Source: an uncultured Ignavibacteria bacterium (GTDB lineage: Bacteria > Zixibacteria > MSB-5A5 > CAIYYT01). Taken from it: a stretch of 64,000 nucleotides of DNA. This document shows positions 36,046 to 45,468 of the stretch, piece after piece; positions within the stretch are counted from its first letter, which is position 1; each line of letters opens with the position of its first letter. Location of the stretch: contig CAZKIH010000016.1 in NCBI GenBank assembly GCA_964552775.1, positions 11,430 to 75,429 on the forward strand, read 5' to 3'. The translations under genes and the position numbers were made by a program. The notes beneath the pieces are model-generated. The model was given only the letters and a program-made list of their open reading frames with translations, ran no database searches and was not told the DNA's origin.

Positions 36046-39000
36046 GTGAGCAGAATCCCCCGACCGACAAGTTACTCTGGTTCTTGCGCGAACGTGCCAA
36101 GGAACTGAATTGCCTCTATCGAATCGAAGAATGGCTCAACAAGCCGGGTGTGACACTTGAACAGGTTTGCATGGGAATCATCGAAGCAATTCCCGCCGGT
36201 TGGCAGCATCCCGAGGTCTGCCAGGCACGGATTATCCTCGAGGACGCAACCTATACCGCGTCCGGTCTCAAGGAATCGCCGTGGGTAATGACTGCCGCAC
36301 TCAAAGTCTTTGATCAAGTGCTGGGAACGCTGAGTGTCTATTACACACAGCAAATGCCGATTGAAGACGACGGCCCTTTTCTCAAGGAAGAGCGCAAACT
36401 GGTCACTACCATTGCCGAACGACTGGCAAGTCACATCGCTTTTCAGAAAATGCGATCGGTATACCATCAATATAACACCGCTGCCCAGGAACTCGTCGAA
36501 CATGCCCGCCCCGAATGGCGCGTGGTGCTCGATCTGTTGCGCCGCACCGATCGAAATCTCTACCTCACCATTTCCACCAAAATGCTCAACTATCTCTGTT
36601 GGAGTGGTGTCGAGGAAGCTAAACAACTGGCCTTATACTACGATCCTGAGCTGGCCTCGGACGCAGTCAGCCTTCTTTCCGATTCCAATGTTCCCCACCG
36701 TAAGCGGGCGGCATTGGAAGGGAGCGATTTTATCAGCGACGAGACATTCAAAATCGCCGCCGATAATATGACTCCGGAGGAAATTCTTTCTTTCATTCAG
36801 AGGTGGATTCAACAAGACAAGTTGAGTTTCCTGATCAAGACTCTGGCGAACACCAACACTCCACTGACTGAATTGAACGAGTCGATTCGCCGCTTTCACC
36901 GCATGGCGCCTGAGGGAATCGACATCCCCATCAATACCAAGCGCGGTTTGCTCGTCTCGCTGATTCGACGAATCTTCTCGGAATCCCTCGAGTATATCAA
37001 CATCGCCAAGCACTATGTCGATGTCTACGACATTTTCGAACTCATGCAGAACGTCATCTATCTCCCCAGCTCGCAAGGCAAACTCGGCGGCAAGGCCGCG
37101 GGCATCTTTCTCGCCGGACAAATACTCAAGAAATCTGTAGCCTCGAATCCATTGTTGCAGCATATCAAAACGCCCAAGGCATGGTACATGACTTCCGATA
37201 TCGTCCTCAATTTCATGAGCTATAACAATTTTGATGAGGTTATCGAACAGAAATACAAAGAAGTCGAACAGATCCGACTCGAGTACCCCAACGTAGTACA
37301 GACATTCAAAAGCGCAGTTTTCCCGCCAGAAATCGTCAAGACTCTCTCGGTTGTCCTCGATGACTTCTCGGATCACCCGCTGATTGTCAGAAGTTCGAGT
37401 TTGCTCGAAGATCGCACTGGAGCAGCCTTCTCCGGCAAGTATAAGAGCTTGTTCCTTGCCAATCAGGGCACAAAAGAAGAACGCCTCACTGCCCTGCTCG
37501 ACGCCATTGCCGAGGTATATGCCTCTACTTTCGGCCCTGACCCGATAGAGTATCGCGCCGAGCGTGGATTGCTCGATTTCCATGAAGAAATGGGAATCAT
37601 CATCCAGCAGGTCATCGGTACCAAAGCCGGCAAGTACTTCCTCCCGGCATTTGCGGGGGTGGCATTCAGCCATAACGAATTGCGCTGGTCGCCGCGCATC
37701 CGCCGCGATGATGGGCTCATCCGCATCGTTCCGGGTCTGGGTACGCGCGCAGTTGACCGCACCAGCGACGACTACCCGATTCTCGTGTCTCCCGGACAGC
37801 CGGGGCTCCGTGTAAACGTCACCGCCGACGAGATGGTGCGCTATTCGCCTAAGATGATCGACGTCATCAATCTCGACACGAATACCTTTGAGACATTACA
37901 TATCGATGAGTTGCTGCACGAGTTTGGCGATGAGATTCCGATGATACACCAAATCGTATCAGTCGACAAGGGTGACCATATCCAAAGCCCGCTCGGCCAC
38001 ATCGACTTCGCAAATGAACGACTCGTTGTTACATTCGAGGGCTTATTGAGGAATACTGACTTTGTAGCGCAGGTGCAATCGATTCTCAAGACATTGGAGC
38101 AGAAGCTCGGAACGCCCGTCGATCTTGAATTTGCCCACGACGGTACCGACTTCTACCTCTTGCAGTGCCGTCCGCAAAGCCATTCCGACGACAGCGGTCC
38201 AGCCCCAATTCCCAAGGATGTCCCGCCGGAGAAAGTCATTTTCACGGCCAACCGCTACGTGTCAAACGGACGCGTCCCGGACATTACCCATCTCGTCTAT
38301 GTCGATCCCGAAAAATATGCAGAGATCGAAGATCGACAGCAATTGCTGGCAGTCGGGCGCATTGTCAGCCGCTTGAACCAGATACTTCCCAAGCGACAAT
38401 TCGTTCTTATGGGACCCGGTCGCTGGGGCAGCCGTGGCGATATCAAACTCGGCGTGAGCATCACCTACTCGGATATCAATAACACCGCCATGCTAATTGA
38501 AATTGCCAGGCAAAGTGGACACTACGTCCCCGACTTGTCGTTTGGAACTCACTTTTTCCAGGATTTGGTTGAGGCACAAATTCGCTATCTGCCGCTCTAT
38601 CCCGATGATGGTGCAAACGTATTCAACGAACGATTTCTCAAAGAGTCGCACAGCATCTTGCCGGAAGTGCTCCCGGAGTATGCCTCTCTCGCCGACGTCG
38701 TCAGACTCATCGATGTTCCTCGCAGCGCGTCTGGTCAGGTCGTGCACGTGCTCATGAATTCCGATCTGGACAGTGCCGTTGCCCTGCTCGGTGCACCGCG
38801 AGCCCGAGTACAGGGTCAGCTCGAGGCGCCCAGCTCATTGGGTGCGCCGGGAGAGCACTATTGGCGGTGGCGCTTCAATATTGCCGAGCAGATCGCCGCT
38901 CAGCTCGATCCGGTCCGTTTCGGTGTGAAGGGATTCTACGTCTTCGGCTCCACGAAAAATGCTACCGCCGGACCCAGCAGTGACATTGACCTGCTCGTCC

Positions 39001-39230
39001 ATTTCGCAGGGTCGTCCGTGCAAAGAGTAGAATTGGAAGGGTGGCTGGAAGGTTGGAGCTTCTGCCTCGCTGAAATCAACTATGAACGAACTGGCTACCG
39101 GAATGATCGCATGCTGGATGTCCACATCATCACAGATGAGGACATTGCCAACAACGACAGCTACGCACTTAAGATTGGCGCAGTGACCGATGCCGCGCGT
39201 CCCCTGCCGATGGGAAAATCTTCCAAGTAA
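36042..39230 (+). CDS. multidomain protein: sensor-like N-terminus, PPDK_N ATP-grasp, shared C-module, C-terminal nucleotidyltransferase
   Basis: ATGA overlap with the upstream gene. N-terminus ELNCLYRIEEWL...GPFLKEERKLVTTIAERLA. GGKAAGIFLAG and LIVRSSSLLEDRTGAAFSGKY. GPGRWGSRGD...SFGTHFFQD. The C-terminal FGSTKNATAGPSSDIDLLVHF (nt 38931-39005) matches the pol-beta NTase GS..DxD motif. Confidence 0.75.
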   Translation: MSEQNPPTDKLLWFLRERAKELNCLYRIEEWLNKPGVTLEQVCMGIIEAIPAGWQHPEVCQARIILEDATYTASGLKESPWVMTAALKVFDQVLGTLSVYYTQQMPIEDDGPFLKEERKLVTTIAERLASHIAFQKMRSVYHQYNTAAQELVEHARPEWRVVLDLLRRTDRNLYLTISTKMLNYLCWSGVEEAKQLALYYDPELASDAVSLLSDSNVPHRKRAALEGSDFISDETFKIAADNMTPEEILSFIQRWIQQDKLSFLIKTLANTNTPLTELNESIRRFHRMAPEGIDIPINTKRGLLVSLIRRIFSESLEYINIAKHYVDVYDIFELMQNVIYLPSSQGKLGGKAAGIFLAGQILKKSVASNPLLQHIKTPKAWYMTSDIVLNFMSYNNFDEVIEQKYKEVEQIRLEYPNVVQTFKSAVFPPEIVKTLSVVLDDFSDHPLIVRSSSLLEDRTGAAFSGKYKSLFLANQGTKEERLTALLDAIAEVYASTFGPDPIEYRAERGLLDFHEEMGIIIQQVIGTKAGKYFLPAFAGVAFSHNELRWSPRIRRDDGLIRIVPGLGTRAVDRTSDDYPILVSPGQPGLRVNVTADEMVRYSPKMIDVINLDTNTFETLHIDELLHEFGDEIPMIHQIVSVDKGDHIQSPLGHIDFANERLVVTFEGLLRNTDFVAQVQSILKTLEQKLGTPVDLEFAHDGTDFYLLQCRPQSHSDDSGPAPIPKDVPPEKVIFTANRYVSNGRVPDITHLVYVDPEKYAEIEDRQQLLAVGRIVSRLNQILPKRQFVLMGPGRWGSRGDIKLGVSITYSDINNTAMLIEIARQSGHYVPDLSFGTHFFQDLVEAQIRYLPLYPDDGANVFNERFLKESHSILPEVLPEYASLADVVRLIDVPRSASGQVVHVLMNSDLDSAVALLGAPRARVQGQLEAPSSLGAPGEHYWRWRFNIAEQIAAQLDPVRFGVKGFYVFGSTKNATAGPSSDIDLLVHFAGSSVQRVELEGWLEGWSFCLAEINYERTGYRNDRMLDVHIITDEDIANNDSYALKIGAVTDAARPLPMGKSSK

Positions 39231-39278
39231 CCGCCTGCATCAGGCTGTGTCCTGTTGATAACTCGCCTTCATCTTTCG

Positions 39279-40157
39279 TCAGGCAATCAGCTCTCTTCGC
39301 GCACCTGCTGGATTCTCCAGATCAAAGCTGATAAGCGCCAACTCTGGTCCATCGTGAGCCGCAGAAATCATCTCCGTACGTCCGATTGTGTCCCGCCAGG
39401 CGCCTGTCAATCGTGCAGATTCATGTACGTGCCCGTGCAGGGTCAGGTAAGGCTGCCTTTGTTCGATAAACCGCCGCACCGCTATGCTCCCGATATGGGG
39501 ATCAAGTGTGACCCCGTCCACAACCATGCCGTCAAGCGCGGCTCGATCGAGCTTGGTCTGGTAAGGCGGGGTATGAAAAAGAAAAACCGCATGATCCAGA
39601 TCGCGGCCCTTCGTGAGTACCCGCAAATCCTTTTCAATAGTGCTGTAACGTAATTCATCGGTTGATACTGCTACCGAGTGTGCTCCCTCCTCCGGAGCCA
39701 CGCAGCCGGCATCTACAAATCTTGAAACGTCGTAGCGCTCCCAGTCCTTGAGAATAAAGGGCGTCGGTGGAATGAAAGAGTATCCAAAAATACGATGTTC
39801 ACCCAAATCTGCGCAACTATTGTGAATATAGGTCCACAAGCCGCGCTCGGCGATTTCCTCGACTGTCTTCTCCTCACCGCGGCCGTCATCATTGCCAAGT
39901 ATCACAAAGATCCGGGGATAAGCACTGCCCATCTTGTTGCGCAACGATTTCAATTCCGGCTCCAGAAACCAGCGAAGGAAATCCTCGTTTGCAGCCCCCG
40001 CCGCCAATATTGATCCCAATCCGGATGGCAAGAGGTCCCCACCGAGAAACAGTGCATCTGGCCGGACTTCACTGACTGCCGTGAATAGTCTATGATATTT
40101 CTCCACGTTCCCGTGCAGGTCGGAGACAAACTGGCAAGAAAATGATCTCGTCGCCAT
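39279..40157 (-). CDS. metallophosphoesterase
   Basis: Contains FVSDLHGN, GGDLLP, GNDDG, FHTPP, and HGHVHE. Confidence 0.8.
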   Translation of the reverse strand: MATRSFSCQFVSDLHGNVEKYHRLFTAVSEVRPDALFLGGDLLPSGLGSILAAGAANEDFLRWFLEPELKSLRNKMGSAYPRIFVILGNDDGRGEEKTVEEIAERGLWTYIHNSCADLGEHRIFGYSFIPPTPFILKDWERYDVSRFVDAGCVAPEEGAHSVAVSTDELRYSTIEKDLRVLTKGRDLDHAVFLFHTPPYQTKLDRAALDGMVVDGVTLDPHIGSIAVRRFIEQRQPYLTLHGHVHESARLTGAWRDTIGRTEMISAAHDGPELALISFDLENPAGARRELIA

Positions 40158-40407
40158 GATGATGTTAATATATATCGATTTCTGACGATTGGTCCTGTTC
40201 TACGTTCACCGCCGGTAAGGAAAAACGAAGTCGATTCTCAGGATAATCGAAGCTCATTAGCCTTGACCAGAGCCGGACTGTCCGCTTTCTTGTTTGTGAA
40301 ATCTTTAGCAAGCTTTGTATTACAACTCGGTAGATTTGCATCAATAAAGTAGAGTTTTTACTCTTTCTTTATTGTCCGTACAAAACATTCCAAAGAAGGA
40401 GACTTCG

Positions 40408-41766
40408 ATGTCGAGCAACGTTGCTGCCTTTATGGAGCAGGTCAAAGCCAAGAACGCTGGCGAGAAAGAATTTCACCAGGCGGTGCAAGAGGTTGTGGAA
40501 TCGCTGATGCCGTATCTTGACAAGCATCCGGTTTACCGCGAAGCCAAGATCCTTGAACGCATTGTCGAACCGGAACGTGTCTTGATGTTCCGCGTGCCGT
40601 GGGTCGATGATTCCGGCGAGGTCAGAGTTAATCGCGGATTCCGCATCGAGATGAATTCCGCTATCGGTCCGTATAAGGGCGGTTTGCGTTTCCACCCGAC
40701 CGTCAATCTCGGCATTTTAAAGTTCCTGGCGTTTGAACAGGTATTCAAGAACAGCTTGACGACACTCCCCATGGGTGGCGGCAAGGGTGGTTCTGATTTC
40801 GATCCCAAGGGCAAATCGGATCTCGAAGTCATGCGCTTCTGTCAGGCCTTCATGAGTGAATTGTTCCGTCACATCGGCGGCAACACAGACGTTCCAGCCG
40901 GCGACATCGGTGTCGGCGGGCGCGAAATTGGATTCATGTTCGGACAATACAAGAAACTCCGTAATGAATTCGTTGGCGTGTTGACCGGCAAGGGGCTCAA
41001 CTGGGGCGGCAGCTTGATTCGTCCGGAAGCCACCGGCTACGGCGCCGTCTACTTCGCCGCAGAAATGCTCGGTACTCGAAATGAATCGCTTCAGGGCAAA
41101 ACTTGCCTTGTTTCTGGTTCTGGTAACGTTGCCCAATACACCGTGGAGAAACTGCTCGACCTGGGCGCCAAGCCAATGACCTTCTCCGATTCCGCCGGGT
41201 ACATCTATGACGACGCCGGTATCGACCGTGAGAAACTCTCGTTCGTATTGGATCTCAAGAACAATCGTCGTGGTCGCATCAAGGAATATGCAGACAAATA
41301 CAAAACCGCGGTGTACACACCGCTCCAGGCCGGAATGGATCACAATCCACTCTGGAACCACAAGGCCCAGTGCGCCTTCCCATCCGCTACTCAAAACGAA
41401 ATCAGTGGAAAGGATGCGCAGAATCTCATCAATAACGGCATTTACGTTGTGAGCGAAGGCGCCAATATGCCATCAGCGCCCGAAGCAATTAATATCTTTA
41501 TTGATAACAAGATTCTCTACGGCCCGGGTAAGGCTGCCAATGCCGGCGGCGTGGCGACCTCGGGACTCGAGATGTCACAGAACAGCCTGCGCCTGTCGTG
41601 GACACGCGAAGAGGTCGACAAGAGACTGCATGGCATCATGAAAGCCATCCACTCGACTTGCGTCAACTTCGGCAGAGAAGGCAACTACATCAACTACGTG
41701 AACGGAGCCAACATCGGCGGCTTCGTGAAGGTGGCAGACGCTATGCTCGACCAGGGCGTCGTCTAA
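40408..41766 (+). CDS. gdhA: NADP-specific glutamate dehydrogenase (E. coli GdhA type)
   Basis: ATG at 40408 after AAGGAG. Contains GPYKGGLRFHP, PMGGGKGGSDFDPKGKS, and GSGNVAQY. The ORF track starts 36 nt upstream. Confidence 0.9.
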   Translation: MSSNVAAFMEQVKAKNAGEKEFHQAVQEVVESLMPYLDKHPVYREAKILERIVEPERVLMFRVPWVDDSGEVRVNRGFRIEMNSAIGPYKGGLRFHPTVNLGILKFLAFEQVFKNSLTTLPMGGGKGGSDFDPKGKSDLEVMRFCQAFMSELFRHIGGNTDVPAGDIGVGGREIGFMFGQYKKLRNEFVGVLTGKGLNWGGSLIRPEATGYGAVYFAAEMLGTRNESLQGKTCLVSGSGNVAQYTVEKLLDLGAKPMTFSDSAGYIYDDAGIDREKLSFVLDLKNNRRGRIKEYADKYKTAVYTPLQAGMDHNPLWNHKAQCAFPSATQNEISGKDAQNLINNGIYVVSEGANMPSAPEAINIFIDNKILYGPGKAANAGGVATSGLEMSQNSLRLSWTREEVDKRLHGIMKAIHSTCVNFGREGNYINYVNGANIGGFVKVADAMLDQGVV

Positions 41767-41808
41767 TTTCCGCTCGATACCCACAGGGTATCTCCTTTCC
41801 TTTCGATA

Positions 41809-41843
41809 CGGGCGACTCGCTGGAGAGTCGCCCGTTTTCTGTT
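41809..41843 (+). terminator. rho-independent terminator after gdhA
   Basis: CGGGCGACTC-GCTGGA-GAGTCGCCCG followed by TTTTCTGTT. A second small hairpin GATACCC-ACA-GGGTATC lies at 41776-92. Confidence 0.75.
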
Positions 41844-41912
41844 GCTGCAAACCTCTCTGCAGTCCATATTAGGTCAGGTCACGAGGAACTTCATCTTGAG
41901 GAATCGTTCTCA

Positions 41913-42269
41913 ATGGTTGATTGTTTCAATATCGGCACGCGTGAGTGTCTCAAGCGCCAGCAGAGTTCGATAATCGCGTTCGTCCTAACGATTCTGATGT
42001 ACCTCGCGCTGCGGGTCAACGGTTCGCAGCCAGTCTGGTACCTGTTATTGATACTCCCCGCATGGGTTGCTGTCCTCGGGCTGCTACAAGCCCGGACGAA
42101 GACTTGAGTGGCGCTGGCAGCGCGCGGTCTGCGCAATCTGGACGGTGGCGAAGAAAAGATCACCGATGAAACAGAGATTCGTTTCCTCCGCCGGAAGGCC
42201 GTGAAGATCCACACGGTGTCTTGCTTGACGGCCGCAATCTTCTCCGTTTTGATGTATCTGACCGCCTGA
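41913..42269 (+). CDS. candidate selenoprotein: small three-TM membrane protein with in-frame UGA at 42105-42107
   Basis: ATG at 41913 with GAGGA 11 nt upstream. Product: MVDCFNIGTRECLKRQQSSIIAFVLTILMYLALRVNGSQPVWYLLLILPAWVAVLGLLQARTKT-[UGA]-VALAARGLRNLDGGEEKITDETEIRFLRRKAVKIHTVSCLTAAIFSVLMYLTA. The frame stays open for 53 codons after the UGA and encodes a third hydrophobic helix. A SECIS-like hairpin follows the UGA. Confidence 0.4.
42118..42140 (+). promoter_or_regulatory. SECIS-like stem-loop
   Basis: Lower stem CAG/CUG (42118-20 with 42138-40). Upper stem GCGC/GCGC (42122-25 with 42131-34). Apical loop GGUCU (42126-30). G23 and U24, counted from the U of UGA, fall as in the E. coli fdhF SECIS. 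Confidence 0.4.
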
Positions 42270-42331
42270 GTTGTGTGACGGCATTATGATGAAAACAGAC
42301 AACTTTTTCCCGAAGGGTACACAGCAACGAT

Positions 42332-43117
42332 ATGCGCGACATTCTCGAAATCATGGGATCGCACCGATCGATCCGCAAGTACAGTAACCGGCCCGTCGAA
42401 CCTGCTCTACTCACGAAGATATTGGACGCCGCTCGTCAAGCGCCGTCGTCCTCTAACTTGCAGTCATATTCTATACTGGTCATTCGCGACAGTGAGAAAA
42501 AGAAACTATTGTCACAGTACTGCGGTAATCAAACTTGGGTCGCGCAGTGTCCGGTTTTTCTCGTGATGTGCCCTGATCTTCATCGCCTTAATGAGGTCTG
42601 CCTGCAGCGCGGCTACAAGTTCCAGGATCGCTACCTCGAAATCACCCTCGTGTCAGTCATTGATACATCCTTGGTGGCTCAGAATATTGCAATTGCCGCT
42701 GAAGCCGAAGGAATGGGCATCTGCATGATCGGCGGCATCCGAAACAATCCTGACAAAGTCTGTGACCTGCTCAAACTGCCGAAGCGTGTTTTTCCCCTGA
42801 TGGGAATTTGCCTCGGCTATCCCGATCAGGAGCCAATGATTAAACCACGCCTTCCCCATGATGTGGCGGTTCACTACGAGCAGTACCGGGACGGCGGACT
42901 CGAAAACCAGCTCATCGAATATGACAGATTGATTAAATCAACCGGGCTGTACGACGGCTCCCATCGCAAAGTCGCCGCTCCCGATGGTCGCGACTTGCCT
43001 GACAGCGAATATAGCTGGAGTGAGCACAGTGCGCGCCGCGCGGCATCGAGCAATCCTGTGACTCTCCGTGCGCACATGTACAATTTTCTGAAGGATCAAC
43101 TGATAGGACTTGAGTAG
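42332..43117 (+). CDS. NADPH-dependent nitroreductase-family oxidoreductase (NfsA/Frp-like)
   Basis: Contains HRSIRKYSNRPV, QAPSSSNLQ, and ICMIGGIRN. Confidence 0.8.
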   Translation: MRDILEIMGSHRSIRKYSNRPVEPALLTKILDAARQAPSSSNLQSYSILVIRDSEKKKLLSQYCGNQTWVAQCPVFLVMCPDLHRLNEVCLQRGYKFQDRYLEITLVSVIDTSLVAQNIAIAAEAEGMGICMIGGIRNNPDKVCDLLKLPKRVFPLMGICLGYPDQEPMIKPRLPHDVAVHYEQYRDGGLENQLIEYDRLIKSTGLYDGSHRKVAAPDGRDLPDSEYSWSEHSARRAASSNPVTLRAHMYNFLKDQLIGLE

Positions 43118-43146
43118 GTTCGCGTGGGTTGGCCGTTCAGTAAGGC

Positions 43147-44520
43147 CTAAGAAATCAGCCCGGCGATGCGATGCGACTGCTTCACGCAGTCATTGAGACC
43201 GATGCCATAATATGCATTGCCCGCGAGGTAGACACCGTCAATTGCGCTTAGCTCCCGTTCTATAGCATCGAGCAGCTTGCGATGCCCGACCCGATACTGC
43301 GGAATTCCGTAATTCCAGCGGTAAACCTTGACTATCTCCGGTCCTCCCGATATTCCCATAATTTCCCCGAGGTCTCGCATGGCCAAACCGACCAGCTCAT
43401 CATCCGACAGTCCTATCGACTCGTGATCACCGTCGCCTCCCACCATCGTGCGGAACTGGATCATCCCCTGTGGCGCGCGTTCGGCAAATATCGACGAGGT
43501 CCAGATCGAACCAAGTATTCGACGCCCTTCCTTCTGCGGAACAAGAAAGCCAAAACCGTCCACCGACCTTTTGATCTGATTAGAACGATAGCCGGCACAG
43601 ACTACGGAGATGGGAGCATAAGGAATGCTCGCCAGGGATTGTGACAGTTCCGGCGAGAGGCCGGCTACAAGCTTGGCCGTCTCGTATGATGGTGTCGCGA
43701 TTATGATATTGCGTGACTGTGCGATCGAACCATCAGCGAATCGAATTGAGAAACCGCCTTCTCCCTTTGTGATCGCCTTCGCGGCCTTTCCGACCTCTAT
43801 GTAAGGCGAGTATCGTTCATGAAACCGCTCGATGATCCGGTTGAGGCCGCCTCGGAACGAAGTCAACCAGCCACCCGGCCCCGACGGTCCACCGCCCTTC
43901 TTGCCCTTGGCCCTGGACTCCTTGGCTTTGGAGATCATCGCCTTGAATAACGATCCGTACTCGTCTTCCATCTGGCGCATTATCGGGAAACAAGATTGCA
44001 GCGACATCTTCTGCGCTACGCCTCCGTAAACACCCGATACCATCGGTTGCACCAGATAATCGGCCGCTTCTCTGCCGATACGGCGACAGGCAAAATCATA
44101 GATCGACTCGTCAATTCCGTTTCCGCGCGACTTGGCAAATGGCTCCATGGCGATTCGCAGCTTGCCCCCCCAGCTAATGATGTCTGCCATCAAAAACTTC
44201 GGCGGCGACATCGGTACCAGGCGCAGCCGGCCACCTTTGAGGATAAATCGATTGTTGACGCTCTCGTTCGCTCGCTCAAGTTGATCTTTCAGGCCCAATT
44301 CCACACAGAGTTGGAGTGTCAACGGCTCGCGATCCAGAAATCCATTCGGTCCCCAGTCAAAACTGTAGCCGTCAATCTGGTCTGTGCCGATAGTCCCGCC
44401 CAGGCGCGCTTCTGCCTCGAACAACTTCACCGACAAATGCGGCTTACTTGATCGCAAAAAGTGCAGCGCGGCAAGTCCCGAAATTCCCCCGCCGATTATG
44501 ATCACATCACTCGCTGACAT
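43147..44520 (-). CDS. hemY: protoporphyrinogen oxidase (HemY-type FAD oxidase)
   Basis: DVIIIGGGISGLAA dinucleotide fold and C-terminal YLAGNAYYGIGLNDCV. Start taken at ATG 44520 (MSASD...), a 14-nt overlap with hemH. The track ORF extends to 44580. Confidence 0.8.
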   Translation of the reverse strand: MSASDVIIIGGGISGLAALHFLRSSKPHLSVKLFEAEARLGGTIGTDQIDGYSFDWGPNGFLDREPLTLQLCVELGLKDQLERANESVNNRFILKGGRLRLVPMSPPKFLMADIISWGGKLRIAMEPFAKSRGNGIDESIYDFACRRIGREAADYLVQPMVSGVYGGVAQKMSLQSCFPIMRQMEDEYGSLFKAMISKAKESRAKGKKGGGPSGPGGWLTSFRGGLNRIIERFHERYSPYIEVGKAAKAITKGEGGFSIRFADGSIAQSRNIIIATPSYETAKLVAGLSPELSQSLASIPYAPISVVCAGYRSNQIKRSVDGFGFLVPQKEGRRILGSIWTSSIFAERAPQGMIQFRTMVGGDGDHESIGLSDDELVGLAMRDLGEIMGISGGPEIVKVYRWNYGIPQYRVGHRKLLDAIERELSAIDGVYLAGNAYYGIGLNDCVKQSHRIAGLIS

Positions 44521-45463
44521 CGACTCCTGCTTTCCTTCGAATGATTCCGGCCAGTATACTGCCAAACTCGGCGTCGTCATTGAGCATCGGCATGCGGCGA
44601 ATACGCTCTGATTTTTCGCCGCCGATGATCTCCTTCAATTGTATGTCCAGTTCATAGAGAGTCTCGATGTGGTCGCAGACAAAGCTAATCGGCACGATAA
44701 ACAGCCTGCGTGTCGGGTCCCCGAGCAATCGCCTTACCTCGACAATCGTATCCGGACCAACCCACTTCACCGGACCGGTGCGACTCTGGAACGAGAGGTA
44801 GTATTCTCTCTCACCTGCTGACAATGTAGCCGCCTTCCGAACCTGATCGACATACGGATCTCCCTCATCGACGAATTTCTGCGGCAAGGAATGCGCAGAA
44901 AATAGCAGCGTCTCACCCGGTTGGATGTTCCGCACGATATAAGAGTTCAGCAGTCGTATGTATGTCGGCTCGTCGTGAAAATCACGAATAAATGTCGCTT
45001 CAATTTGTGGATACTTTTTCAGGAATTCCTGCGCAACTGCAAATGATGATCCTGTCGTCGCGGTGGAGAATTGCGGATAAAGCGGCAAAAAACAGATTCG
45101 TTTATATCCGTCTTCAATAGCCGACGTAATGGCGTACTCTATACTCGGCTTGAAATATCGCATTCCAATGTAACAGGTAACATCATCGAAGTCGCGTTGC
45201 AGGTGGTTCCCGATCTGGCGGGCCTGGGCTTGCGTCCATTTCAGCAATGGTGACCCGCCGCCAATCAGGCCGTAGTGATGCGCAACATTCTTCGCGCGAA
45301 GCCGCGAAATCAATCGAGCAAATGGCCTTTGCAGAGCCGCGCCGCCTGGTAATCGGATAATCGCGCGGTCGGAGAAGATGTTATACAAGAACTCTGGAAT
45401 GTCAGCTGTCGTGTCAGGGCCGCCCATGGCCAGCAGAATCACCGCAAGCTTGCTCTTCATCAT
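44507..45463 (-). CDS. hemH: ferrochelatase
   Basis: 318 aa with LLAMGGPDT, FSAHSLP, and DHIETLYELD. Confidence 0.9.
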   Translation of the reverse strand: MMKSKLAVILLAMGGPDTTADIPEFLYNIFSDRAIIRLPGGAALQRPFARLISRLRAKNVAHHYGLIGGGSPLLKWTQAQARQIGNHLQRDFDDVTCYIGMRYFKPSIEYAITSAIEDGYKRICFLPLYPQFSTATTGSSFAVAQEFLKKYPQIEATFIRDFHDEPTYIRLLNSYIVRNIQPGETLLFSAHSLPQKFVDEGDPYVDQVRKAATLSAGEREYYLSFQSRTGPVKWVGPDTIVEVRRLLGDPTRRLFIVPISFVCDHIETLYELDIQLKEIIGGEKSERIRRMPMLNDDAEFGSILAGIIRRKAGVDVSE

Positions 45464-45468
45464 TAGAC

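Noticed and set aside
41598-41912. Upstream two-thirds of track ORF 41598-42107, overlapping the 3' end of gdhA and its terminator.
   Set aside because: It is out of frame with gdhA, Arg-rich nonsense, and spans the gdhA terminator hairpin. Only the part from ATG 41913 looks like a real gene.
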